64,000 bases of DNA. It comes from Clostridia bacterium. GTDB lineage: Bacteria > Bacillota > Clostridia > CAKSNL01 > HGM11501. Positions 53,892 through 63,721 of the stretch are shown piece by piece. The position numbers and the translations under genes are program-made. The stretch covers positions 2,022 to 66,021 of the forward strand of contig CAAFWO010000008.1 of assembly GCA_900766735.1 (NCBI GenBank). The letters are read 5' to 3'. How positions within the stretch are numbered: the stretch's first letter is position 1; every line of letters begins with the position of its first letter. The notes beneath the pieces were generated by a model that was given only the letters and a program-made list of their open reading frames with translations, was not told where the DNA came from and searched no databases.

Positions 53892-55547
53892 ATGAAAAAA
53901 TTGATTTCCGTTTTGATCTCGCTGATTTTGATAGTTTCAGTTTTGCCCTCGTGCGCGGAAAGAAAGGTTTCCGGCACGCCCCTTCCGCCGAGCGACTGGG
54001 CGGAAGAATACATTACCAAGGCCGAGAATATGGGCATCACTCGCGGTTTTTCGGCAGTTAAAAACCCGTGGGCGCGCCCGATCAGAAGAGAGGCTTTCTG
54101 TCACCTTTTATTTAACACCTTAAAGGACTCGGGGCTTATCGGCACGGATAAAAAGACCTTTTCCGACACGGACGACGAAAGGATCCTCCGCCTTGCCGCG
54201 TCCGGCTTTATCGAAGGCGTTTCCGACACCGAGTTTGACCCGGACGGCCTCATAACGCGCGAGGAGGCCGCCGTCTTACTTTCGCGCGCGGCCGGAAAGA
54301 TGACTCTTGCCGCGACCGAAATATATTTCATTTTGTCCGACGAAGATGAGATTTCCGACTGGGCGGAAAACGGCGTTCAGATCACTCTCAATTTAGGATT
54401 TATGAAGGGCGTCGGCGAGTCCGCTTTCGACCCTAAGGGGAACTTAACCGCCGAGCAGGCCATATGCATCATGACAAGGCTCTATAATTCCGTTCCCAAA
54501 AACGAGAGCTTTTCTGACAGTCTCAACGCATTAATGCCGGAGGATAAAAACTATGTTTTCTCCCCGTTTTCGATAAAGACCGCGCTTTTGATGGCGGCAA
54601 ACGGTGCGGACAAAGCAACGCTTTCAGAGCTTTTGTCGTTGCTCGGCGTCACCTCTCTTTCCGAGGAAAACGAACACATAAAGGCTCTGACCGAGCGCTA
54701 CAATAAGTCTGACACATTAAAGATAAACGTTTCAAACAGCGCATGGATAAACACCGACCGCGCGAAGGGTAATTTTCTCCCGTCCTACAGCAAGGTGCTT
54801 TCCGGCACATTCGGCGCCAAGACCGCCTCGGTGACGGACGCGGACGCGGTGAAAAAGATAAACGGCTGGGTAAATGACAAGACGAACGGCAAGATCTCCT
54901 CGATCACCGACAGTCCGGAATTTCTCGCGATGATAATAAACGCGGTCTATTTTAAGGGCAACTGGGCATCGCCGTTCTCCAAAAACGCAACGAGCAAAGA
55001 CACATTTACCGACAAAAACGGCAAAGAGACAAAGATCGACTTCATGCACGATGTGGGTTATTATTCCTACTCAGAAAAAGACGGCGTGACCGTCTTATCA
55101 CTTCCCTATAAGACGGACGGGAACAACATCTCGATGTATCTCATAATGGCGGATAAGCCCTTCTCCCCCGAAAAGGTCATCTCCTCGTCGGAGCTTTCAA
55201 GCACATATATGAGGCTTTCCGTGCCGAAGTTCAAGGTCGAATACGGCGGCGAGCTTTCCGTGCTTTTAAGAAAGCTCGGCGTTACGGCCGCATTTTCGGA
55301 CGGGGCGGATTTTTCCAAGATGTTCACAGAGCCCCTTTTGATCGACAAGGTGATACACAAGGCATTCATAAATGTTGACGAGGACGGCACCGAAGCCGCG
55401 GCCGTGACATCGATCTCGTTTGGCGGGGCCTCATCCATGCGCCCCGAGCCGATCGACGTTTCGTTCTCAAAGCCCTTTACTTTCGCGGTGCGCGACAATG
55501 TGACCGGCGAGATACTTTTCTTGGGCTCGTTCGCCTTTGCCGGATAA
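53892..55547 (+). CDS. cell-surface serpin: lipoprotein-type signal + three SLH-like repeats + serpin domain
   Basis: The signal is MKKLISVLISLILIVSVLPSC. The three SLH-like units are WAEEYITKAENMGI..., FSDTDDERILRLAASGFIEGVSDTEFDPDGLITREEAA and SDWAENGVQITLNLGFMKGVGESAFDPKGNLTAEQA. The serpin core has FSPFSIKTALLMAANGA and AVYFKGNW, with the hinge EDGTEAAAVT followed by KPFTFAV. Confidence 0.8.
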   Translation: MKKLISVLISLILIVSVLPSCAERKVSGTPLPPSDWAEEYITKAENMGITRGFSAVKNPWARPIRREAFCHLLFNTLKDSGLIGTDKKTFSDTDDERILRLAASGFIEGVSDTEFDPDGLITREEAAVLLSRAAGKMTLAATEIYFILSDEDEISDWAENGVQITLNLGFMKGVGESAFDPKGNLTAEQAICIMTRLYNSVPKNESFSDSLNALMPEDKNYVFSPFSIKTALLMAANGADKATLSELLSLLGVTSLSEENEHIKALTERYNKSDTLKINVSNSAWINTDRAKGNFLPSYSKVLSGTFGAKTASVTDADAVKKINGWVNDKTNGKISSITDSPEFLAMIINAVYFKGNWASPFSKNATSKDTFTDKNGKETKIDFMHDVGYYSYSEKDGVTVLSLPYKTDGNNISMYLIMADKPFSPEKVISSSELSSTYMRLSVPKFKVEYGGELSVLLRKLGVTAAFSDGADFSKMFTEPLLIDKVIHKAFINVDEDGTEAAAVTSISFGGASSMRPEPIDVSFSKPFTFAVRDNVTGEILFLGSFAFAG

Positions 55548-55783
55548 GGACTTACAAAAAGACACTCCTTTTGATAAACTTAAGTCAAAAGGAGTGATTT
55601 TTTTGAATCTCGAACACCCGGACATTACTAAAATGAACCTTTGGGGCACGCTTGACGGTGCGCCGCGCACCGCGATAAAAAGAAAAACCGTGCGATACGT
55701 TTTCCGCGAAATTCCCCTGTTGACTAAAAAAGAAATTAATGGTATACTTAATAGTAATGCTGATACAAAGAGGGAAAACAAAT

Positions 55784-56518
55784 ATGGAAAAAGTTGATAT
55801 TCTGGGTGTCATGGTCGACTCTGTCACCATGGATGACGCAGTTAAAAAAGTCAAGGAATTTTTATCGTCGGACGGGGCGAAGGTCATCTTCACGCCCAAT
55901 TCCGAGATCATTATGGCGGCGAAGGAGGACGGCTCTTTCCGCGACTTATTAAACACCGCGGACTTAATAGTGCCCGACGGGATCGGCGTTGTCAAGGCGG
56001 CGAAAATTTTAGGTCACCCGATGCCCGAGCGCGTCGGCGGTTTTGATTTAACGTGCTCCGTTATGCCCTATTTAAATGAAGAGAAAAAGAGCCTTTTCAT
56101 TTTCGGCGGAAAGCCCGGCGTTGCGGACAAGGCGGCCGAAAACCTGAAAAAGGAATATCCCGATCTGGTCATCGCCGGCACGAACGACGGATATTTTACC
56201 GACGATGAGCCCATCATCAAAAAAATTGCGGACAGCCGGCCGGACTATTTAATGGTCTGCCTCGGCGCGCCTAAGCAGGAAAAGTGGATCGCCGCGCACA
56301 GGGATGAACTTAATGCGAAAGTCATCATCGGCGCGGGCGGAAGCGCGGATGTTTTTGCCGGCACGATGAACCGCGCGCCCGAATTTTTCATCAAACATAA
56401 TTTAGAGTGGCTCTACAGAATCGTCAAGGGCAAGCGCTTTAAGAGAAGCTTAAAGCTTATAAGCTTCGGAATGACGGTATATGCCTCCAAATTCAAAAAG
56501 GGGGACGGCGCGAAATGA
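55784..56518 (+). CDS. WecB/TagA/CpsF-family glycosyltransferase
   Basis: MEKVDILGVMVDSVTMDDAV..., TPNSEIIMAA, LIVPDGIGVV and GAPKQEKWI are TagA-family hallmarks. The start is taken at M16 of the track ORF. Confidence 0.8.
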   Translation: MEKVDILGVMVDSVTMDDAVKKVKEFLSSDGAKVIFTPNSEIIMAAKEDGSFRDLLNTADLIVPDGIGVVKAAKILGHPMPERVGGFDLTCSVMPYLNEEKKSLFIFGGKPGVADKAAENLKKEYPDLVIAGTNDGYFTDDEPIIKKIADSRPDYLMVCLGAPKQEKWIAAHRDELNAKVIIGAGGSADVFAGTMNRAPEFFIKHNLEWLYRIVKGKRFKRSLKLISFGMTVYASKFKKGDGAK

Positions 56519-57375
56519 AAAAAAGTCTTTCCGTGATATTGGCGCTGCTCTCATTTTCGCTTCTTTTCTCCTCATGCGGCAAAAACGAAAAAGCCGAAGA
56601 GCCGAAAGAGGAGTTAAGCCACGTTCAGTTTATGGACGGTGAGGGAAACCCCGGCGGCAAAAGAATTTATAAATACAATTTAGCCGGCCTCGTTGCCGAT
56701 ATGTCGGTGAGCGATTCGCTCGGCGAGGGCGTGCTTTACGAGAGCTATAAGTACGACTCGGACGGGAATATGACCGTTAAGGACGTGTACTCCGAAACCG
56801 AGCACGAAAAGCACGACTACGCCTATAAAAACGGGCTTTTATACACCGAGGAGATCACTCAGGAGCCCATTAAAAACGAAAAAAAGTCCGAAAACGAGGA
56901 CGCGGAGGCGATCGAGGAAAGAGAAAGTCTTCCCTATAGGAAGGACACCTACAGCTATAACTCCGACGGCGAAAAGGAAGAGGTCAAGAGCACGAACCGC
57001 GACGGAGAGGTCACCGAGATACGCCGCTACATCTATGACGATAACAACAGGGTCAAAAAAGAGCGCATCTATGACGGGAGCGAAAACTACCTCGGCGGAA
57101 CGGAGTACACCTATGAGGGAAAGAACGAAGAGCCCGTGCTGACAGAATATGTCGGCGAAGCGTCGGCCAAATTCTCAAAAGAGGAAATGACCTATTCGGG
57201 CGAAAACCTCGTAAAGACCGTGCGCTATGATAAGTCCGGCGCAGTGTCTGAGATCATCACGGTCGAATATGACAAAAAAGGCCGCCGAAGCGTCGTCACG
57301 AGGACTGACGCGGACGGAACAGTCAACGCGATAAACAAATATTACTATGAAAACTTTGTAAGCCTTATCGGTTAA
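56515..57375 (+). CDS. lipoprotein with YD/RHS-like short repeats, function unknown
   Basis: Signal and lipobox LLFSSCGKNEK. Y.YDSDGN / YSYNSDGE / YIYDDNNR units recur. There is an ATGA overlap with the upstream gene. Confidence 0.6.
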   Translation: MKKSLSVILALLSFSLLFSSCGKNEKAEEPKEELSHVQFMDGEGNPGGKRIYKYNLAGLVADMSVSDSLGEGVLYESYKYDSDGNMTVKDVYSETEHEKHDYAYKNGLLYTEEITQEPIKNEKKSENEDAEAIEERESLPYRKDTYSYNSDGEKEEVKSTNRDGEVTEIRRYIYDDNNRVKKERIYDGSENYLGGTEYTYEGKNEEPVLTEYVGEASAKFSKEEMTYSGENLVKTVRYDKSGAVSEIITVEYDKKGRRSVVTRTDADGTVNAINKYYYENFVSLIG

Positions 57376-57391
57376 GAAAGGCGGAAAAATT

Positions 57392-58048
57392 ATGCTGATC
57401 GTTATAGAAGGAGTGGACGCGTCCGGCAAGGCGACGCAGACAAAAAGGTTATCGGAGCGTCTGGCCGCTTTGGGTAAAAAGGTGCACACCGTGACCTTTC
57501 CGGACTATGAGTCCGACTCGTCCGCTCCCGTTAAAATGTATTTATCCGGCAAGCTCGGCGAGACGGCGGACAGTGTGAACCCATACGCCGCGAGCGCGCT
57601 TTTCGCGGTCGACCGGTTTTGCAGCTACCGCACGTCCTGGAAAAAGTTTTTGGACTCAGGCGACGTTGTGATCGCTGACAGATATGTCACCTCAAACTTT
57701 ATCCATCAGGCCTCCAAAATCAAAGACCCCGATGAAAAGGAGCACTTTTTGTCCTTCCAAGCGGACTTTGAGTATAAAAAATTAGGACTTCCCGAGCCTG
57801 ACAAGGTTTTGTTCCTGGACGTTCCGCCCGAGGTCTCGCTTCATCTTATGAAGGAGCGCGAAAACAAGTTCACACACGGTGAGGAGAAGGACATTCACGA
57901 GCGCGACCCCGAATACATCAAAAAATCGTATGAAAACGCCCGTTTCGTGGCGGACAGGTTCGGTTTCACCCGAATCGACTGCACGAAGGACGGAAAACTA
58001 AAATCGATCGACGAAATATCGGACGAAATAATGAAAGCCCTCATGTGA
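57392..58048 (+). CDS. tmk: thymidylate kinase-like nucleotide kinase
   Basis: P-loop MLIVIEGVDASGKATQ and a DRYVTSNFIHQA region, with a LID-like segment. Confidence 0.7.
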   Translation: MLIVIEGVDASGKATQTKRLSERLAALGKKVHTVTFPDYESDSSAPVKMYLSGKLGETADSVNPYAASALFAVDRFCSYRTSWKKFLDSGDVVIADRYVTSNFIHQASKIKDPDEKEHFLSFQADFEYKKLGLPEPDKVLFLDVPPEVSLHLMKERENKFTHGEEKDIHERDPEYIKKSYENARFVADRFGFTRIDCTKDGKLKSIDEISDEIMKALM

Positions 58049-58057
58049 GGGCTTTTA

Positions 58058-58921
58058 TTATTTTGAATTATATTTAATTTGGGAAAGGCTGTTTTTATAC
58101 TCAGAGAAGCTGACTCCCATAATCTTCTTAAATATCCGGCTCATATACGCCGGATCGTCAATCCCGACATAGGACGAAATATCCTTAAGCTTCATGTTCT
58201 TCACCGTCATCAGCTCAGATGCCGTCTTTACCTTATATCGGTTTGCATATTCCACGATGCTTTTCCCCGTCACACGCTTGAAGGTGTTTTGCAAATACCC
58301 TTCCGATATGCCCATTTCACGTGCCATGCGGCCAATCTTAATCTTTTCGGATATGTGCTCCGATATGTATTTTATCACGCGGTCCGCATAAAGATTCGCA
58401 GAAGGAGACTTATCAGTATTGTCCATATCTGAAAGCGTTATTTTAGTTATCCCGTAGCAAAGGTCAAACCATTCGGAAAGTGCTTTTAACGAACTCCCTT
58501 TTCCGAGCGAGTGATAATAGGCGGCAATTTTTTTAATTTTCATGAGTAAAAGGTCATATGTCTTCTCATCAAGCTTTTTCACCTTCGGAAGATATATGAC
58601 GTTTTCTTTTTGCTCTGATTTTTCTATATAAGAATATTCCGTGATTCTGTATTTTACTCTGACTCCGACCGTTGTATGGCGCTGTTTTTCACCGTTTGCC
58701 GATGAAAGCGATACATTCGATGCGCTCGTGGGAACAAGGAGCGAATGCGGCTCTATGATATAATCCTCCCCATCTTCGTTTGCGCTTATCCTTCCCTCTT
58801 CTATAACTGAAAACTCCAGAAAATCAGCAGGATAACGAAACTCATTTTTGTAATTTTCCGCCGTTACCGAATAACAAAACATAAACTCAGGCAAGCTTTC
58901 AAGCTCGATCTTATAAAACAT
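58058..58921 (-). CDS. AraC-family transcriptional regulator
   Basis: C-terminal double HTH (...ISEGYLQNTFKRVTGKSIVEYANRYKV...DISSYVGIDDPAYMSRIFKK). It is divergent from the GH127 gene. Confidence 0.82.
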   Translation of the reverse strand: MFYKIELESLPEFMFCYSVTAENYKNEFRYPADFLEFSVIEEGRISANEDGEDYIIEPHSLLVPTSASNVSLSSANGEKQRHTTVGVRVKYRITEYSYIEKSEQKENVIYLPKVKKLDEKTYDLLLMKIKKIAAYYHSLGKGSSLKALSEWFDLCYGITKITLSDMDNTDKSPSANLYADRVIKYISEHISEKIKIGRMAREMGISEGYLQNTFKRVTGKSIVEYANRYKVKTASELMTVKNMKLKDISSYVGIDDPAYMSRIFKKIMGVSFSEYKNSLSQIKYNSK

Positions 58922-59039
58922 CTTTATTCACCCCGTAAAATAATTATAGCATTTAATATAAGAATTGTCCAACTATATTTTTATACAGCATTTACTTTTC
59001 TCGCCTTTGTGATACAATAACCGAAAAGGAGGTTTTTAC

Positions 59040-60974
59040 ATGCACTATTCCAAGCTTTTTCCGCTTCCTTTGGGAAGTATCACGGCAAGGGGATTTTTAT
59101 TCGATCAACTTTCAAGAAACAAAAACGGAATGGGCGGACACTTGGACGAGCTTGAACCCGAAATGATACGCGATCCTTACATAGGAAGAAAGCACGTTCC
59201 CGGGTGGGATGACGCTGACCAGGCCGCCTGGGGCGGTGAGATCAGCGGAAACTACTGGACCGGGCTTATCGAGCTGGCCTATTCACTGAACGACGATGAG
59301 CTTATCAAGAAGGCTGCCTCATGGGTGGACGCCGCGCTAAAAAATCAACACGAGGACGGCTATCTCGGCACATTTGACCCCGATAAGGATGACATCTATG
59401 CCGACTATAACGCCTGGGGAACGGCATGCGGAATGCGCGGGCTTTTGGCCTTTTACGAAGCGACAAAAAGAGCCGATGTCTTAAAAGCTGTGCACCGCTG
59501 TATGCTGTGGTTTTGCAAATATTGGACCGGCGAGAAGAAAACCTCGTATGCCGGGCCATACATAATCGAGCCGATGGTTTTTTGCTATTATCACACCGGC
59601 GACAGGAGGCTCATAGATTTTGCCGAAGAATATGCCGAATTTTTGTGCGGGCACGACATTTTCAAGACCTCGTACAAGGCATTTTTAAAAGAGCCCTTAG
59701 AGTATAACTCGAACCACACCGCCGGAATGGGCACCCAGTCGCGGCTCCCGGCACTTTTATACACCGTGACCGGGAAAGAGGACTATTTAAAAGCCAGTGA
59801 AAGGATTTTAGATGAGATTTACCAAAAAACGACCCACCTTTCCGGTTCGCCCGTCTCCGTCACAGAATATCTTGCTCCGGTCACGTCGACGGCGGAAACA
59901 GAATACTGCTCCTATGCGTTTTACCACACGACAGATTACTATTTAAGCTATATCACAGGCAAAAGCAAATACGGCGACAGAATCGAGGAAATGTTCTATA
60001 ACGGCGCGCAGGGGGCGAGAAAAAAGGACGAGCGTGCGATAGCTTATTTAAGCTCCCCGAACCAGATCTATGCGACGGAGCACTCAAGCTCAGCTTTTAC
60101 CGATATGCAGGCCTATTCGCCGTGCTACCCGACCTCGTGCTGCCCTGTCAACTCCGTTGCACTGCTCGGAAATTTCGTGCGGTCAATGTTTCTTCGTGAC
60201 AATAAAAATAACATCTATGCAAATGTATACGGTCCGTGCTCGCTTTCCCATAACGGCATCAAGATAGACGAAGTCACGGAATATCCTTTCCGAAACAGAG
60301 TCAAATTTATTATTAAAGAAGGGGGCGGCTTTTCGCTTTTTCTTAGGATTCCCGACTGGTGTGAAGAATACCGCGTCACATTAAACAAAAAAGAAATTGC
60401 CGCCCAAAAGAATGAAAACGGCTTTGCCGAAATTTCTTCCTTAAAAGAAGGCGATACTGCCGAGATCACATTCCGCGAGGAGACTAAAATTCTCCGCGTC
60501 AACGACGACTGCAAAAAGCACCCGATAGCCATAAAACGCGGCACGCTGCTTTATTCCCTTCATATAGATGAGGTCTGGACTCCATATCCGGGCCGCCCGG
60601 CAACGCCCCTTCCCGAAGGCTGGAGCTGGTATCGCGCAGAGCCGAAGTTTGACGAAGCCGACTGTCGCGATATGCACGAACGCCTCGGACTGCGAAAAAA
60701 TCAGATCTCCTGGAATATTGCACTTGACGAGGCCCTTTCTCCGGATGACATTAAAGTCGAGCTTTGCGATAACGGCGGATACGTCTGGGAGGATCCGAAA
60801 ATAAAGCTTCACTTGACAGGATACAAAGCGCCATATCTTTGTGCGCCGTATCCGACAAGGACATTTGAGCCCTTCGGCGAAAAGCAAACCGTCACATACA
60901 AGGTTAAAGTCACCTTGGTTCCCTACAGCTGCACAAATTTAAGAATAACCTATTTCCCGATTGCAAAAAAATAA
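59040..60974 (+). CDS. GH127-like (DUF1680) beta-L-arabinofuranosidase family protein
   Basis: 644 aa with TAETEYCS (E-x-C) and PTSCCPVNS (CCP.N). These match the Cys/Glu zinc site and Cys nucleophile region of GH127. Confidence 0.72.
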   Translation: MHYSKLFPLPLGSITARGFLFDQLSRNKNGMGGHLDELEPEMIRDPYIGRKHVPGWDDADQAAWGGEISGNYWTGLIELAYSLNDDELIKKAASWVDAALKNQHEDGYLGTFDPDKDDIYADYNAWGTACGMRGLLAFYEATKRADVLKAVHRCMLWFCKYWTGEKKTSYAGPYIIEPMVFCYYHTGDRRLIDFAEEYAEFLCGHDIFKTSYKAFLKEPLEYNSNHTAGMGTQSRLPALLYTVTGKEDYLKASERILDEIYQKTTHLSGSPVSVTEYLAPVTSTAETEYCSYAFYHTTDYYLSYITGKSKYGDRIEEMFYNGAQGARKKDERAIAYLSSPNQIYATEHSSSAFTDMQAYSPCYPTSCCPVNSVALLGNFVRSMFLRDNKNNIYANVYGPCSLSHNGIKIDEVTEYPFRNRVKFIIKEGGGFSLFLRIPDWCEEYRVTLNKKEIAAQKNENGFAEISSLKEGDTAEITFREETKILRVNDDCKKHPIAIKRGTLLYSLHIDEVWTPYPGRPATPLPEGWSWYRAEPKFDEADCRDMHERLGLRKNQISWNIALDEALSPDDIKVELCDNGGYVWEDPKIKLHLTGYKAPYLCAPYPTRTFEPFGEKQTVTYKVKVTLVPYSCTNLRITYFPIAKK

Positions 60975-61009
60975 ATCCGAGCACCTCCGAAAGCGGAGGT
61001 GCTCAGATT

Positions 61010-61828
61010 TTAAATAAAGTTTTTAAGATACTCTTTTGCCTTTTTTATATCCTCAATTTGCTTTTCGCCGGAAATTTCACGCTCAATTATAACGTAGCTG
61101 TCATATCCTATCTTTCTAAGAAGCTTAAACACCGCCGGAAAATCCACCATTCCCTCGCCGAGGACGGTTTCTTTTCCCAGCACTTTAGGGTCGGTCGGAA
61201 GGCAGCCGTCCTTCCCGTGCATGTTTTTAACATATTTTCCGAATACATAAAGCGCGTCAACAGGGTTTCCGTATCCGTACATCAATATATTTGCCGGGTC
61301 AAAATTAATGAAGATGTTTCCGAGTCCCACATCCTCAATAAGCCTTAGCATTGTGATCGGAGCTTCGCCTCCCGTCTCAAGCAAAAGATTCATCCCGAGC
61401 CTTTTTAAGTACGACGCGAGGGTGTGAAGTGCCGCCAGCATCGCGGTATAGCCTTCCGAAAACGGATCGTTCGGCACAAATCCCGCATGAATGATTATGT
61501 CCGTTACTCCCATTCTTTTTGCAAAAAGCGCCGAGCTTTTAACATATTCAATTCTGGCTTTCCCGTACATCGGCACATTTATTCCCGCTGTCTTAAAGCC
61601 GTAATAATTGTCCCAGTCGTAAAACGCGTCATTGTATCCGCAAAACTGCGCCGTGATTTTCACGCCGTGTCTTTCTGCCGCGTCCCTTATCATGTCCGCT
61701 TCCTCATACTTATAGACATCCGGCTTATACACTATCTGGCACACGGAAAAACCCATGTTTTTAAGCTCGGAAAATTTTTGATCCGCCTCGTTAATGTTCT
61801 CAATTCTCACCAATGTTCCGATTTCCAT
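61010..61828 (-). CDS. sugar phosphate isomerase/epimerase (xylose-isomerase-like TIM barrel)
   Basis: 272 aa with IIIHAGF, LLLETGG, NFDPANI and a later HGKD, typical of the AP-endonuclease-2/xylose-isomerase-like fold. Confidence 0.75.
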   Translation of the reverse strand: MEIGTLVRIENINEADQKFSELKNMGFSVCQIVYKPDVYKYEEADMIRDAAERHGVKITAQFCGYNDAFYDWDNYYGFKTAGINVPMYGKARIEYVKSSALFAKRMGVTDIIIHAGFVPNDPFSEGYTAMLAALHTLASYLKRLGMNLLLETGGEAPITMLRLIEDVGLGNIFINFDPANILMYGYGNPVDALYVFGKYVKNMHGKDGCLPTDPKVLGKETVLGEGMVDFPAVFKLLRKIGYDSYVIIEREISGEKQIEDIKKAKEYLKNFI

Positions 61829-61841
61829 ATTAAACTTCTCC

Positions 61842-62654
61842 TTAAAGCATAAAGTTATAAAGCGCCTTTGTCACTACCATTTCACTGTTCGGGTGGCTTT
61901 GCAGAAACGAAACGGGCATAGACTTGTTTTCGCTTGTCAGTGCCGCCTTCCTCATGATTCCCCATTGCCACGGACAATAAAGATAAACCTTAAAACACTT
62001 TGCCTTCAAAAGCGCTCTCATTCCCAGAGTTATGCACCTTTTGGGGAATATATCAAGCGCACCTTTAAGCTTGTTTGCGCCGTTGTTTGTAACGGTTTCT
62101 TTTGAAATATCAAGGCACCTTGTGCCGATACATTTATATTCGCTGTCCGTTATCCCGTCCTCCGGAGGCTCGTTAAACGCTATATGCCCGTTGATTCCAA
62201 CTCCGGTAAGGCAAAGATCAACCTCCGTTTCATCAATAAATCTGTCTATTTCTTCCTCGTGACCGGGCTCCGGAAAAAGCCTTTGGTCCTCCGGCATTAA
62301 AAGTTCCTTATCAATCCTTGAATAAAGCATTTCATCCATGATTTTGTGAAAGCTTAATACATTGTCATAATCTATTGCTTTTCCGTCGTCTCCCAGATAC
62401 TCGTCCATATTGATAAATACAGAGTTTTTTAAGCTGATCCTCTCGCGGTTCACGATCTCGGCAAACTTGGGATACTGCCCGGTCGGACCTACCGGACAAA
62501 TTATAACGGTTCTCTTTTCTCCGTTTTTCTTTACCGTGTCCGCCATTATTTCAGCCATTTCATCATACATTGCTTCCTCGCTTTCCATGACCCTGAAAGG
62601 AAGCTTTGCATTTTTTATAAGATATTCCGGTGTGCATTTATAAATATCAGTCAT
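61842..62654 (-). CDS. glucosamine-6-phosphate deaminase/isomerase family protein
   Basis: INMDEY and GVGINGHIAFNEP motifs of the NagB/6-phosphogluconolactonase family. Confidence 0.78.
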   Translation of the reverse strand: MTDIYKCTPEYLIKNAKLPFRVMESEEAMYDEMAEIMADTVKKNGEKRTVIICPVGPTGQYPKFAEIVNRERISLKNSVFINMDEYLGDDGKAIDYDNVLSFHKIMDEMLYSRIDKELLMPEDQRLFPEPGHEEEIDRFIDETEVDLCLTGVGINGHIAFNEPPEDGITDSEYKCIGTRCLDISKETVTNNGANKLKGALDIFPKRCITLGMRALLKAKCFKVYLYCPWQWGIMRKAALTSENKSMPVSFLQSHPNSEMVVTKALYNFML

Positions 62655-63721
62655 AATATTTCCTCCTCTATTTTTACCGCCTTACCGGTTTCGATTGACC
62701 GCGACGCCGCCTCCAAAACTTTCTGACATTCGATACCTTCTATGATGTGCGATGTGTATTCGTCCTCAATTCCGTTAATAAGATTGATAAACGAAAGCGA
62801 CTGATTTGCATTATAGCTTGCCGGAGGAACTATCTCATGCATGCCATTGCACTCCGTGTCCCACTTGCCGATGCCTATATACATTTTCATCGTCCCCGAG
62901 AAGGAAAGCTTGACTCTTCCTCCCGCGCCGATTATCTCAAACTCCATAAGATCCGGAATAGTCTTGGCGACCCTTGAAAGATTTACGGTAACCGGCACGC
63001 CGTTTTTTGTGATTGCCGAGATATTGCACCAGTCGTCTGTCGTAACCGGTTTTATTTCGTCGCCGTTTTCAACCTGCCTTCTGTCAACAAAAATTCCGCT
63101 CTGTGCGAAAACCGTGTCAAATTCCTCGCCTATAAACCTCGTGATATCAATCATATGCGACCCCAAATCGCCGAGCACACCGCTGCCCGCCTTCTCCTTG
63201 TCAAATCTCCATTCAAGCCTCCTGCCCTTCCACAGTCCGCTGTCCTTTATACACCTTATGTATATGTGATATATTTTTCCGAGCTCGCCGCTTTTTACAA
63301 TGTCTCTTAAAAGCCTTGCGTATGCTCTGTATCTCCATGAAAAGCAGACAAACGATTTGCATTTTTTTGCCTCCGCCAGCTCGAAAAGCTTTTTTGCCTC
63401 GTCCAGATTTCTCCCTATTGGCTTTTCAATGCTGAAGGGAAGTCCTTTTTCTATCGCCGCCATGGCAATCTCAACATGAGAATCGTTGGAAGTCGCAATA
63501 TCCACCGCGTCGACCAAACGGCTATTTAAAAGCTCCCTGTAGTCCGCGAAAAGCGCGCTGTCCGAAAGCCCGAATTTTTCCTTTGCCTCCGAAAGTCTCT
63601 CCGGATTAATGTCGCACACCGCGGTTATCTCGACCTTATCAGGATGCGCCAGATAGCCTGGAACGTGAACTCCCTTTGAAATCCCTCCAAATCCAATTAA
63701 ACCCATTCTTATTTTTTTCAT
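62651..63721 (-). CDS. Gfo/Idh/MocA-family NAD(P)-dependent oxidoreductase
   Basis: MKKIRMGLIGFGGISKGVH Rossmann N-terminus, EKPI motif (FSIEKPIG) and a C-terminal alpha/beta domain. Confidence 0.82.
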   Translation of the reverse strand: MKKIRMGLIGFGGISKGVHVPGYLAHPDKVEITAVCDINPERLSEAKEKFGLSDSALFADYRELLNSRLVDAVDIATSNDSHVEIAMAAIEKGLPFSIEKPIGRNLDEAKKLFELAEAKKCKSFVCFSWRYRAYARLLRDIVKSGELGKIYHIYIRCIKDSGLWKGRRLEWRFDKEKAGSGVLGDLGSHMIDITRFIGEEFDTVFAQSGIFVDRRQVENGDEIKPVTTDDWCNISAITKNGVPVTVNLSRVAKTIPDLMEFEIIGAGGRVKLSFSGTMKMYIGIGKWDTECNGMHEIVPPASYNANQSLSFINLINGIEDEYTSHIIEGIECQKVLEAASRSIETGKAVKIEEEIL

